Origin: Pseudomonadota bacterium
GTDB taxonomy: Bacteria > Pseudomonadota > Gammaproteobacteria > Burkholderiales > Nitrosomonadaceae
Direction: 5' to 3'
Length of the DNA: 64,000 nucleotides
Assembly (NCBI GenBank): GCA_018241205.1
Contig: JAFEEI010000008.1
Coordinates: forward strand, 2,924 to 66,923
Part shown: piece by piece, positions 31,914-40,124 of the stretch
How the letters are laid out: each line of letters starts with the position of its first letter
Position numbering within the stretch: the stretch's first letter is position 1
The notes under the pieces: generated by a model
The model's database searches: none
The model's input: only the letters and a program-made list of their open reading frames with translations
Told to the model about the DNA's origin: nothing
Translations under genes and position numbers: made by a program

Positions 31914-32567
31914 ATGATCACTTTCAAAAATGTTTCCAAGCGATATCCCGATGGTTATGTGGCGCTCAATAATGTCGACCTTGCGGTGGCAGCAGGCGAA
32001 ATGGTATTTTTAACCGGCCACTCAGGCGCAGGTAAGAGTACATTATTAAAACTCATCGCCGCCATTGAACGCCCCACATCGGGTGTCATCACAATCAGCG
32101 GACAAAATATCGCCCAGCTCAAACCGGCTGCCATTCCGTATCTGCGCCGCAAGATCGGTTTCATCTTTCAAGATCATAAGCTGCTGTTTGATCGCACTGT
32201 ATTCGATAATGTCTTACTGCCGCTGCAAATCAGTAATTTCGATCACAATACCGTAGCTGCCCGTGTGCGTGCCGCATTAGATAAGGTAGGCTTGTTAAAA
32301 AAAGAAAAAACCATGCCGATCGCGTTATCCGGCGGAGAAAGACAGCGGCTATGCATTGCACGCGCGGTGGTTCATCGTCCGGCTATTCTGATCGCCGACG
32401 AGCCAACTGGGAATCTGGACGTGGAATACGCCCGGGATATCATGACCCTGTTCACGTCGTTCAATCAAGTGGGTGTGACCATACTGATCGCGACACATGA
32501 TGCTTCGCTATTGGAAGACACGCAGCATCGCATTCTGTCACTGAAACAAGGAAAACTGGCGGCATGA
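31914..32567 (+). CDS. ftsE: Cell division ATP-binding protein FtsE
   Basis: GHSGAGKST, LSGGE and ADEPTGNLD; ftsYEX gene order. Confidence 0.95.
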   Translation: MITFKNVSKRYPDGYVALNNVDLAVAAGEMVFLTGHSGAGKSTLLKLIAAIERPTSGVITISGQNIAQLKPAAIPYLRRKIGFIFQDHKLLFDRTVFDNVLLPLQISNFDHNTVAARVRAALDKVGLLKKEKTMPIALSGGERQRLCIARAVVHRPAILIADEPTGNLDVEYARDIMTLFTSFNQVGVTILIATHDASLLEDTQHRILSLKQGKLAA

Positions 32568-33475
32568 TACGTGCATGGCTGATACAACACGGGTTGGTAT
32601 TTTTTCTCACGCTCAAACGGCTGATTGCAACGCCACTCACCAGCTTACTCAGCATTATCGTGATGGGGATTGCACTTAGCCTGCCGGTAGGCATCTATGT
32701 GCTTATGCAAAACCTGCAAGCTTTTTCCGGACAAACGGCAAGTTCTCCGCAAATGAGCTTGTTCCTTAAGCTGGATGTAACTCAAGATAGCATTGAGAAA
32801 GTCAATCAGCGCCTGGAAGAAAATCCGCAGATTCTGGCTATCCAGTTTATTCCGAAAGATGCCGCGCTGCAGCAGTTGCAACAAAGCACCGGGCTTACAG
32901 ATATTGCCGCAAGGCTGGCGCGCAATCCGCTGCCAGATGCCTTCGTTATCCATACCCAGGAAAATACGGCCGAAGCACTGGAACATTTGCGCCTGACTCT
33001 GCAAAATTGGCCGGAAATCGAACATGTGCAATTCGATTCCGCTTGGATCGAGCGCTTGAATGCACTACTCGATCTCGGCCGTTTTGCCGTGCTGATGCTG
33101 GCGATGCTGCTGAGCGTTGCGATCATCGCGATCATGTTCAACACCATTCGCCTGCAAATTCTCACCAAGCGGGATGAGATAGAATTATCCAAGCTTATTG
33201 GCGCAACGGATAGCTTTATCCGGCGCCCCTTTCTTTATTTCGGCGCACTGCAAGGATTGGCGGGAGGTGCTACGGCATGGCTTATCATGGCGCTGGCCAT
33301 TCGCACTCTCAATGAGCAGCTCATCACGCTGTCGCAACTTTATGCCATTGATTTACAGTTGCAGCCGCTCACTACGGCTGACAGCATCAGTTTATTGCTG
33401 TTTTCAGGCTGGCTGGGATGGTTGGGCGCACGCATCTCGGTTGCAAGCCATCTTTGGTTAATCGAACCCAAATAG
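32564..33475 (+). CDS. ftsX: Cell division permease FtsX
   Basis: NPLP, NTIRLQI and LIGATDSFIRRPF motifs. Confidence 0.95.
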   Translation: MIRAWLIQHGLVFFLTLKRLIATPLTSLLSIIVMGIALSLPVGIYVLMQNLQAFSGQTASSPQMSLFLKLDVTQDSIEKVNQRLEENPQILAIQFIPKDAALQQLQQSTGLTDIAARLARNPLPDAFVIHTQENTAEALEHLRLTLQNWPEIEHVQFDSAWIERLNALLDLGRFAVLMLAMLLSVAIIAIMFNTIRLQILTKRDEIELSKLIGATDSFIRRPFLYFGALQGLAGGATAWLIMALAIRTLNEQLITLSQLYAIDLQLQPLTTADSISLLLFSGWLGWLGARISVASHLWLIEPK

Positions 33476-33491
33476 GCGCAAGCCTTACGGT

Positions 33492-33518
33492 GAACTTTTC
33501 AAGCATCTAGCACTCTCA
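33492..33518 (+). promoter_or_regulatory. Putative sigma-E (RpoE) promoter of rpoH
   Basis: GAACTT-N16-TCTCA, resembling the sigma-E promoter consensus GAACTT-N16-TCTGA. Confidence 0.55.
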
Positions 33519-33533
33519 TTGCGGGAGTGCTAG
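33507..33533. promoter_or_regulatory. CIRCE element (HrcA operator) upstream of rpoH
   Basis: CTAGCACTC-N9-GAGTGCTAG, compared with consensus TTAGCACTC-N9-GAGTGCTAA. Confidence 0.9.
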
Positions 33534-33590
33534 AATACCGCAAGTTCGAAAGATATCTTTGGGTAAAAATCAAATCAGGAGATTATTACA

Positions 33591-34436
33591 ATGACGAATG
33601 CTTTGACACTGCCTTCAACGAGTGGAAGTTTAGAAAGTTATATTCAGTCTGCCAATTCTTTCCCCATCCTTTCCCAAGAAGAAGAAAGCAGCTTAGCGCG
33701 ACGTCTTTGGAATCATGGCGATATCGAGGCTGCGCAGCAATTGATTTTGTCGCATTTGCGGTTTGTGGTCGTGATAGCGCGCGGTTACAAGGGGTATGGT
33801 CTTCCGCAAGCCGACTTGATCCAGGAAGGCAATATCGGTCTGATGAAAGCAGTCAAGCGTTTTGACCCTGAGCGCGGTGTACGTTTAGTATCGTTTGCTG
33901 TGCATTGGATCAAAGCGGAAATTCATGAGTTCATCATGCGTAATTGGCGTTTGGTCAAAATAGCCACCACCAAACAACAACGCAAACTGTTCTTTAACTT
34001 GCGCAGCATGAAACAAGGGCTGGATACTATGAATCCGCAAGAAGTGGATGCAATGGCCACGCAGTTGGGTGTCAAATCCGAAGAAGTGGTTGAAATGGAA
34101 AAGCGATTTAACGGCTCGGATATTTCTCTTGAACCAACATCGGATGAAGAAGATGATACATTCAGTCCGATCAGTTACTTAACGGATGGTGAAGAGCCCT
34201 CACGAATCTTGGAAAAAGAACAAATCAAGCATTTACGCGAAAAAGGATTGCAGCAATCGCTCGCATGCCTTGACGATCGCAGCCGCCACATCATTGAAGC
34301 CCGCTGGCTAAGAGAAAAAGATACGGCAACCCTGCATGATCTAGCCGAAGAGTTGGGTGTATCAGCAGAACGTGTCCGTCAAATTGAAGCCAAGGCACTG
34401 CAAAAAATGCGCGGCGCCTTGGGAGCTACTGCATGA
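33591..34436 (+). CDS. rpoH: RNA polymerase sigma-32 factor
   Basis: RpoH box QRKLFFNLR, DLIQEGNIGLMKAV and VSAERVRQIE. Confidence 0.97.
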   Translation: MTNALTLPSTSGSLESYIQSANSFPILSQEEESSLARRLWNHGDIEAAQQLILSHLRFVVVIARGYKGYGLPQADLIQEGNIGLMKAVKRFDPERGVRLVSFAVHWIKAEIHEFIMRNWRLVKIATTKQQRKLFFNLRSMKQGLDTMNPQEVDAMATQLGVKSEEVVEMEKRFNGSDISLEPTSDEEDDTFSPISYLTDGEEPSRILEKEQIKHLREKGLQQSLACLDDRSRHIIEARWLREKDTATLHDLAEELGVSAERVRQIEAKALQKMRGALGATA

Positions 34437-34515
34437 GGTGACCATCAAGATTACCTTACGCCAAACACCGGTTTGATCTCAACTAACCCAGACCGGTGTA
34501 TCATTTCCAACATAA

Positions 34516-34608
34516 GGAGAGGTACCGAAGCGGTCATAACGGCGCTGACTCGAAATCAGATGGTCAGGGTAACCTGGCACATGGGTTCGAATCCCATCCT
34601 CTCCGCCA
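34516..34608 (+). tRNA. tRNA-Ser(CGA)
   Basis: GGAGAGG/CCTCTCC acceptor stem, G73, CCA end, anticodon loop CT-CGA-AA, long variable arm, GGTTCGAATCC T-loop. Confidence 0.93.
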
Positions 34609-34651
34609 AATATCCAGTATTCATGCCGTTTTAAGCATTATTAATATATAT

Positions 34652-34671
34652 TACCATCAATAATACCATCA
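34652..34671 (+). repeat. TACCATCA direct repeats (putative integrase arm-type sites)
   Basis: TACCATCA at 34652 and 34664 (12-bp period), about 45 bp from the tRNA 3' end. Confidence 0.5.
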
Positions 34672-34827
34672 TAAAAATTATGCCTCAAATGCCTGTTATG
34701 AAGATAGTAGAAAGCAACTATTTGAGGTCTTATATCGAGGGTAACCTTCCATATACGACGATTTGTAACTCCACTTATCTGCCGGGTATCTTGAATTGAT
34801 TGGAATTCTTGTCATGACGTGCCCACC

Positions 34828-34873
34828 ATGGCAATAATTGCCATTTTATGATATTAATGGCAAATTACGCCGT
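34828..34873. promoter_or_regulatory. Operator palindromes of the parDE promoter
   Basis: Perfect ATGGCAAT-A-ATTGCCAT at 34828-34844 and degenerate copy ATGGCAAATTACGCCGT at 34857-34873. Confidence 0.6.
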
Positions 34874-34893
34874 AAGATAAAGAGGATTTATCC

Positions 34894-35154
34894 ATGCAAA
34901 GTATGAATATTTCTCTGCCCGACCCTATGAAACAATTTGTGGATGGACAGATCGCCCAAGGTCGCTATAGCAGTGCCAGCGAATATATCCGCGAATTGAT
35001 CCGCGCTGATGAAAAGCGCAAAGCGGAAGAACAACTTGAAGCCAAGTTGCTGGAAGGATTGAGTAGTTCGGAAAGCGAATTAACGGCGGAAGATTGGGGC
35101 GATATTCGCAAAGAAGCCCTCGCTAAGCTCGAAGCTAGACAAAAGCAACGCTAA
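34894..35154 (+). CDS. parD: ParD-like ribbon-helix-helix antitoxin
   Basis: MNISLP...GRYSSASEYIRELIR motif; TAATG coupling to the toxin. Confidence 0.9.
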   Translation: MQSMNISLPDPMKQFVDGQIAQGRYSSASEYIRELIRADEKRKAEEQLEAKLLEGLSSSESELTAEDWGDIRKEALAKLEARQKQR

Positions 35155-35474
35155 TGCCTAAAATCTATCAACGCGCGGCAGCCCGGCGCGACTTGGTAGA
35201 GCATTTCGTTTATCTTGCCGAAAATGCCGACCTAGAAACAGCAGAACGTTTTTTGGCACAAACAGAGGCCAGCTTCAATGTTCTAGCTGAGCAACCTCTG
35301 ATCGGCGCACCATTATCACTGCACGACCCAGCATTAGCAGGTATGCGCAAATGGCCAGTTGGGGGCTTTGAAAATCACCTAATCTTCTACCTTCCACATC
35401 CTAACGGCATATCAGTCGTGCGAGTACTGCACGCCGCCCGTGACTGGTGGGGTTTACTAGGGATCAAAACTTAA
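35154..35474 (+). CDS. parE: ParE/RelE family toxin
   Basis: ARRDL...HLIFY...VVRVLHAARD motif. Confidence 0.9.
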   Translation: MPKIYQRAAARRDLVEHFVYLAENADLETAERFLAQTEASFNVLAEQPLIGAPLSLHDPALAGMRKWPVGGFENHLIFYLPHPNGISVVRVLHAARDWWGLLGIKT

Positions 35475-35545
35475 TTCAAACTGGAGAGCAAAGATTGCCA
35501 GCCCCTTGGAGAAAATCCCCAAATGACCGGCAGCAGATCATTTCC

Positions 35546-35581
35546 TTCAACTAGCGATAAAATAAATTATCGCTGGTTGAA
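35546..35581. repeat. Symmetric putative tyrosine-recombinase core site A
   Basis: TTCAACTAGCGATAA-AATAAA-TTATCGCTGGTTGAA; arms match 14/15, 6-bp spacer. Confidence 0.6.
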
Positions 35582-35660
35582 AGCGCCGGTATTTAGGTAT
35601 TCAATTTTCTTTTCATTGAGCAAAGTGTCTACAAATATGAACCAATACGAAAATGCTTCA

Positions 35661-36362
35661 TCAGTTTGCACTAATCATCACATAAACAAGCGGGCGTTCG
35701 GGTTTGCCGTTGCATTTCTCGACAGTGGCCGTGACATGATTAGTCTGAAGCCAGCGATGAAGCGTAGTTCTAAATGCTCGATTGACGTAGCCGATTTTTT
35801 GGCCATGACAAATCACTTGTAAGGCATCCTGATCGACAGGATTGTCCTGATCAATCTCAAAATTGACTCTATCACCTTCATGAATAGCCTGCATATCATT
35901 AAATACATGGCGCAATCCTGCTACTTCCATCAGATAATCACAAGGCACATTATTTTGCGAAAAATCAGGTACTAAAGCAAAACCGTCACTCGGTAAACGT
36001 GCGCCGGTGTACCCGAGCAAAGCCATATCCGAATAATTGAATGGAAAAGGCAAACGATGCTGCGCCAGGAACTCAGCGAAATCCTCACGATTCCGAGGCG
36101 GCAAACGGCGTAGCAATGATTCAATCACGCCTTGGCGCACTTCATCATCTTCAAGCCGGAAAGCCGGGAAACCTTTGAAACCTGTTTTGCAGGCTGCCTC
36201 AAAATCAGGGGTGTTTTTTAGATAGCGAAAAACGATCTGACCATCATTTTCCTGACAAACTTCACCAATTGCACGGCGCGTGCGCGATGGCGCATTCATA
36301 TCCAGCGGCTGCCAGGTCATCAGCAAGCGGATAGGTTCAACAATATGATGCAGTATATTCAT
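35661..36362 (-). CDS. HIRAN-domain protein with a possible HipS-like N-terminus
   Basis: C-terminal EVAGLRH...DQDNPVDQDALQV...KIGYV HIRAN signature; ATG at 36362 overlaps the kinase stop (ATGA). Confidence 0.75.
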   Translation of the reverse strand: MNILHHIVEPIRLLMTWQPLDMNAPSRTRRAIGEVCQENDGQIVFRYLKNTPDFEAACKTGFKGFPAFRLEDDEVRQGVIESLLRRLPPRNREDFAEFLAQHRLPFPFNYSDMALLGYTGARLPSDGFALVPDFSQNNVPCDYLMEVAGLRHVFNDMQAIHEGDRVNFEIDQDNPVDQDALQVICHGQKIGYVNRAFRTTLHRWLQTNHVTATVEKCNGKPERPLVYVMISAN

Positions 36363-37303
36363 AAAAACATCGCTTTTAGTAAAGCAAGCCGTTCCTTTAA
36401 TAAGTGTAGGATAAATGCATACCTCTCCTGTGATAACGGTATTGCAGCGTCGAGCCGCAACAAATCTCCGGTTACGTCGGACAATTCGCCTACTGAAAAA
36501 TTCAGTTTGGTGCATACAGCATCACGTGTATCTGGCCATTCATCAACAGCGCGTTTTAGAAGTTCAAAGTGGCCTTGTACGGGATCATCTAACGACCATT
36601 TTAAGTGATGTTTACCATTTTCAATATATCGGTCAAAGTGGTTTTTAGACCAGAGTTTAACACGATCAGTAAAACGCTCATGACCTAAACTGGTTCCGTT
36701 ATCGAACAAAGGCGCCAATCTGCATGAGATATTATGTTCAGAACGCGTAAAGATAAATCCCCAATTGTCTTGATGCCGGTCTGTATTGCCGATCAATGCA
36801 TCGAACAACAAAGCATCAACCCACCATTGGCACCAATGAGGTTCAATCAATATTCTCCGGATTGAAAACATTCGCAACAAAACCATATTATCTTCAAAAT
36901 TATGAAGAGTACCGAGTTTACGGTCGAAATCTTTATGCATCATCTGCAAGAAATCACCAGCCATCACGAATGATTCGGTATTTTCATCATAGAACCATTC
37001 GCTCAAAGCAGCGCAATGTCCCGTCTTGGAATTCCAGGCAGCGAATGTTGGCGGCACCTTCACGCCTAACAAGCAACTGATCCGGTAAGCAATAATTTCA
37101 CCCCAAAACTGATCGGGATAACTTCGCTTGGAACGTTTGAACAAATAGCGTTTCCCTGGAACAAGCACAGGTTCCGGTGGCAGTAATGGCGCAAACACAG
37201 CATCCTTGGCGCGCGCACCCTGGGGAAATACGCCAAATTCCGGATCGGATTCCCAGTCCGCTACATCGAAAATTGTTGTTTGCACTAATGGCTGTGTGCG
37301 CAT
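36359..37303 (-). CDS. HipA/CtkA-like Ser/Thr kinase
   Basis: GARAK, YLFK, WGEIIAY, FDALIGNTDRHQDNWG and LAPLFDNGTSL motifs. Confidence 0.88.
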   Translation of the reverse strand: MRTQPLVQTTIFDVADWESDPEFGVFPQGARAKDAVFAPLLPPEPVLVPGKRYLFKRSKRSYPDQFWGEIIAYRISCLLGVKVPPTFAAWNSKTGHCAALSEWFYDENTESFVMAGDFLQMMHKDFDRKLGTLHNFEDNMVLLRMFSIRRILIEPHWCQWWVDALLFDALIGNTDRHQDNWGFIFTRSEHNISCRLAPLFDNGTSLGHERFTDRVKLWSKNHFDRYIENGKHHLKWSLDDPVQGHFELLKRAVDEWPDTRDAVCTKLNFSVGELSDVTGDLLRLDAAIPLSQERYAFILHLLKERLALLKAMFL

Positions 37304-37312
37304 CGGATTCCT

Positions 37313-38662
37313 TCAATTTTTATCAGTTGCACTGATTTTCTTATTACGGCTGTGCTTCGGTTTTGACTTTGCCTCGCTTTTCAAACGAGATGCCTGGATG
37401 CGTTCCAGCAACACGCTGGCGGGTTCGTCGTTGGGATCTTGCGGCACCAATTCGCCGCGAAAGGCTTTGGCGAGGATCGCGGGCGTCAGTTTGTCGACCC
37501 GGGCACGAGCGGCTTGGTAGCGGGATTCGATGCGGTCGGCGTACGCGAGCAGTTCTTCGGCGCGACGGACGATTTCTAATTGTTCTTCAATTATTGGCCA
37601 GCTCGCAGGAGCAGTAAGTATTGTTGATTGGTTTATTTTCGGCATGTTACCTGCGGTACCCGTGGCATTCACGCGGAAGTGATGGCGAACCTTATCGCTT
37701 TGTAGAATATAAAGCAGGAATCTGGGTAAGATTTGGCTATTTGCTCGTGCCTTCATCATTAGATCAGGATAGATAAATTCAGATGGAAGACCCTCGTAGA
37801 GAACGCTACTGCCAACATACTCCAGAGTATTAGCTCGTTGAATTAGAATATCATCGGGTTGAAGCCATAAATAGGAATTTTTAGGAATGTCTTCATCAAT
37901 GTATTTAAAATACTCTCCACGAAATTTGCCTGAGGTTGTGGAAGTAAGCGTCAATGCCTTAACAGAAGTTATCTTATCAACAGAACGAGGTGAATAACCA
38001 TTACGTGGCTTTCCATCCAATAAGAATTCAAGAGTGCCATTGCTCCAGGAAGCGTCAATTTCTCTTTCTGCTCGCCACTCTTTGGTTAAGATGCCACTGG
38101 TCGCAGCAGCCAGCAAAGCTTGACGGAAGCGTTTGAGAATGGTGGGAATGCGGTCAAGGTGTTTGCGACAGGCATCCACGCGCGAAAGAATGGTATCGAG
38201 TTTGTCAGTGATGCGTTTTTGTTCACTAAGTGGAGCGAGAGGCACCTCCAATTCTCTCAAAAAACCACCACTTACTGAAGTGAACGTACTGCCAGTTCCT
38301 TGTGCTGCTAGCCATGGTTCGATATGTCGAAAGTAGTGAAGCAGATACTTTTGTGAGAACGGTGCAGTTACACGTATGGCTGAAAGTCCTCTACCAATGC
38401 AGCATTGCTGATTTGCAAGATTGGTAGGCCCGACTGGCGCGCGAACTGACAAAAGAATGTCTCCCGCTTCCGCTACCTTGGTTGGCTGCGAACACCACTT
38501 GCGCACTGTTGGATACAGTGAGCCAAATTCTGCCTTCCCCTGGAAGAACGGCAATCCTTCGCCATGCTCATTGTAAAACCGAGAATCAGGAGACTGCCCC
38601 ATTTCTACATGAGCAATATCGGCAAGAAGTCCTACTATCCAAGGGGAAGGTAATTCTTTCAT
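37313..38662 (-). CDS. hsdS: Type I R-M specificity subunit
   Basis: Two TRDs; PLAPLSEQKRI and ILAKAFRGELVPQDPNDEPASVLL conserved regions. Confidence 0.95.
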   Translation of the reverse strand: MKELPSPWIVGLLADIAHVEMGQSPDSRFYNEHGEGLPFFQGKAEFGSLYPTVRKWCSQPTKVAEAGDILLSVRAPVGPTNLANQQCCIGRGLSAIRVTAPFSQKYLLHYFRHIEPWLAAQGTGSTFTSVSGGFLRELEVPLAPLSEQKRITDKLDTILSRVDACRKHLDRIPTILKRFRQALLAAATSGILTKEWRAEREIDASWSNGTLEFLLDGKPRNGYSPRSVDKITSVKALTLTSTTSGKFRGEYFKYIDEDIPKNSYLWLQPDDILIQRANTLEYVGSSVLYEGLPSEFIYPDLMMKARANSQILPRFLLYILQSDKVRHHFRVNATGTAGNMPKINQSTILTAPASWPIIEEQLEIVRRAEELLAYADRIESRYQAARARVDKLTPAILAKAFRGELVPQDPNDEPASVLLERIQASRLKSEAKSKPKHSRNKKISATDKN

Positions 38663-40116
38663 AACTCCATTTCCTCAATTTCCTCACCCAACTCCTCCAG
38701 AATCCCACGCAAGTCTTCCATCGCAGCCTCCAGCTCACTCATCGCTTCCTGCGCCAATACAACCGGTTCCGGCAGGTCGTCGTGACCGGCGGCGCTATCG
38801 TCCTTGAGCCAGGCGATATCGAGACTGTCGCCGCGCTCGGCAATCTGTTCGCGCGTAAAGATGCGGAATCGTGCGGTTTCTGGACCCCCGCTTGCGCGGG
38901 AATGACGGTGTTGGGTGTTGCCGGCCTGCGGATCGGGACCGAAGAAATCTTCGAATTCGGCGAAGTGTTCGGCATTGAGTTGCGTGCGTTTGCCGAATTG
39001 CGGCATGTTGGTGCGCAGGTCGTATATCCACACTGCTTTGGTGTTGGTTTTGTCGCTTTGCCCGCGTGTAAAGAACAGCACATTGGTTTTGACGCCTTGG
39101 GCGTAAAAAATACCGGTTGGCAGGCGCAAAATAGTATGCAAATTACATTTGTCCATCAGGTCGCGGCGGATTTGCGTACCGACGTTGCTTTCAAACAGCA
39201 CATTGTCCGGCATCACCACCGCAGCGCGCCCGCCCGGAGCCAGGCCACGATAAATATGCTGCAAAAATGCGAACTGTTTGTTGCTGGTGGCATAGGTGAA
39301 ATCGTCACGGCTCGGTAGACCGCCGCCTTTTTTAGTGCCGAATGGCGGGTTGGTCAGGATCAATGTCGCTTTCGGCAGCGCCGCGCCTTCGGGACTTAAG
39401 GTGTCGCCGTAACGGATGCCGCCGTCGATGCCGTGCAGCATCAGATTCATCAACGCCAGCCGGTGCGCATCCTGCACGTGTTCCATGCCGTAGAAGGTGC
39501 TGTTGCGGTATTTACGCTGCTGCGCTTCCGTGAGCGTGTCAAAATCATGGTGCGTGCGCAGATAATGGTTGGCGGCGATCAGGAAGCCGCCCGTTCCCGC
39601 CGCCGGATCCTGAATAATGTCGGTCAATGCCGGGCGCATCACATTGACCATGCAATTGACCAAGGGGCGCGGCGTGAAATATTGCCCCGCGCCGGATTTC
39701 TTTTCATTGGCGTTTTTTTCCAGCAAGCCTTCGTACAGATCGCCCAGGTCTTCGCGATGCACGCTGTACCAGTCGAGCTTGTCGATTTCCGCGACCAGCG
39801 TTGACAGCGTGGCCGGTTTGCGGATAAAGCTGCTGGCATTGGCAAAAATTTCCTGCACCAAGGTCGCGCCATGACTGCCGAGATGAATCAGCAGCATTTT
39901 GTAGAATTCCAGCCGGTCCGGCGCGGCTTTGGATTCCAGATCGGTCCAGCGATAACCTTGCGGCAGTTGATTTTCGGCGCCGGTTTCCTTGGCCATTTTG
40001 AGAAACAGCAGATAGGTCAGCTCAGTGACGTATTGGTGGTAAGTGACGCCATCGTCTTTCAGGATGTTACACAGATTCCATAACTTGGCGACGATATCGG
40101 AGGTGATTTTGCTCAT
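38659..40116 (-). CDS. hsdM: Type I R-M methyltransferase subunit
   Basis: GAGQYFTPR, DPAAGTGGFL, NPPF and LRLPTGIFYAQGVKTNVLFF motifs; ATG at 40116. Confidence 0.96.
   Translation of the reverse strand: MSKITSDIVAKLWNLCNILKDDGVTYHQYVTELTYLLFLKMAKETGAENQLPQGYRWTDLESKAAPDRLEFYKMLLIHLGSHGATLVQEIFANASSFIRKPATLSTLVAEIDKLDWYSVHREDLGDLYEGLLEKNANEKKSGAGQYFTPRPLVNCMVNVMRPALTDIIQDPAAGTGGFLIAANHYLRTHHDFDTLTEAQQRKYRNSTFYGMEHVQDAHRLALMNLMLHGIDGGIRYGDTLSPEGAALPKATLILTNPPFGTKKGGGLPSRDDFTYATSNKQFAFLQHIYRGLAPGGRAAVVMPDNVLFESNVGTQIRRDLMDKCNLHTILRLPTGIFYAQGVKTNVLFFTRGQSDKTNTKAVWIYDLRTNMPQFGKRTQLNAEHFAEFEDFFGPDPQAGNTQHRHSRASGGPETARFRIFTREQIAERGDSLDIAWLKDDSAAGHDDLPEPVVLAQEAMSELEAAMEDLRGILEELGEEIEEMEL
38880..38908 (-). 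repeat. REP/dRS3-like palindrome inside hsdM
   Basis: Minus strand CCGTCATTCCCGCGCAAGCGGGGGTCCAG, read in frame as RHSRASGGP. Confidence 0.55.
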
Positions 40117-40124
40117 GTGGATGC

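Noticed and set aside
34543-34560. tRNA pseudogene because of a G:A mismatch at the top of the anticodon stem
   Set aside because: The other arms and the CCA end are intact, and a single mismatch there is tolerated.
35523-35822. 99-aa ORF after parE
   Set aside because: It overlaps the HIRAN gene antisense and spans site A; no motif.
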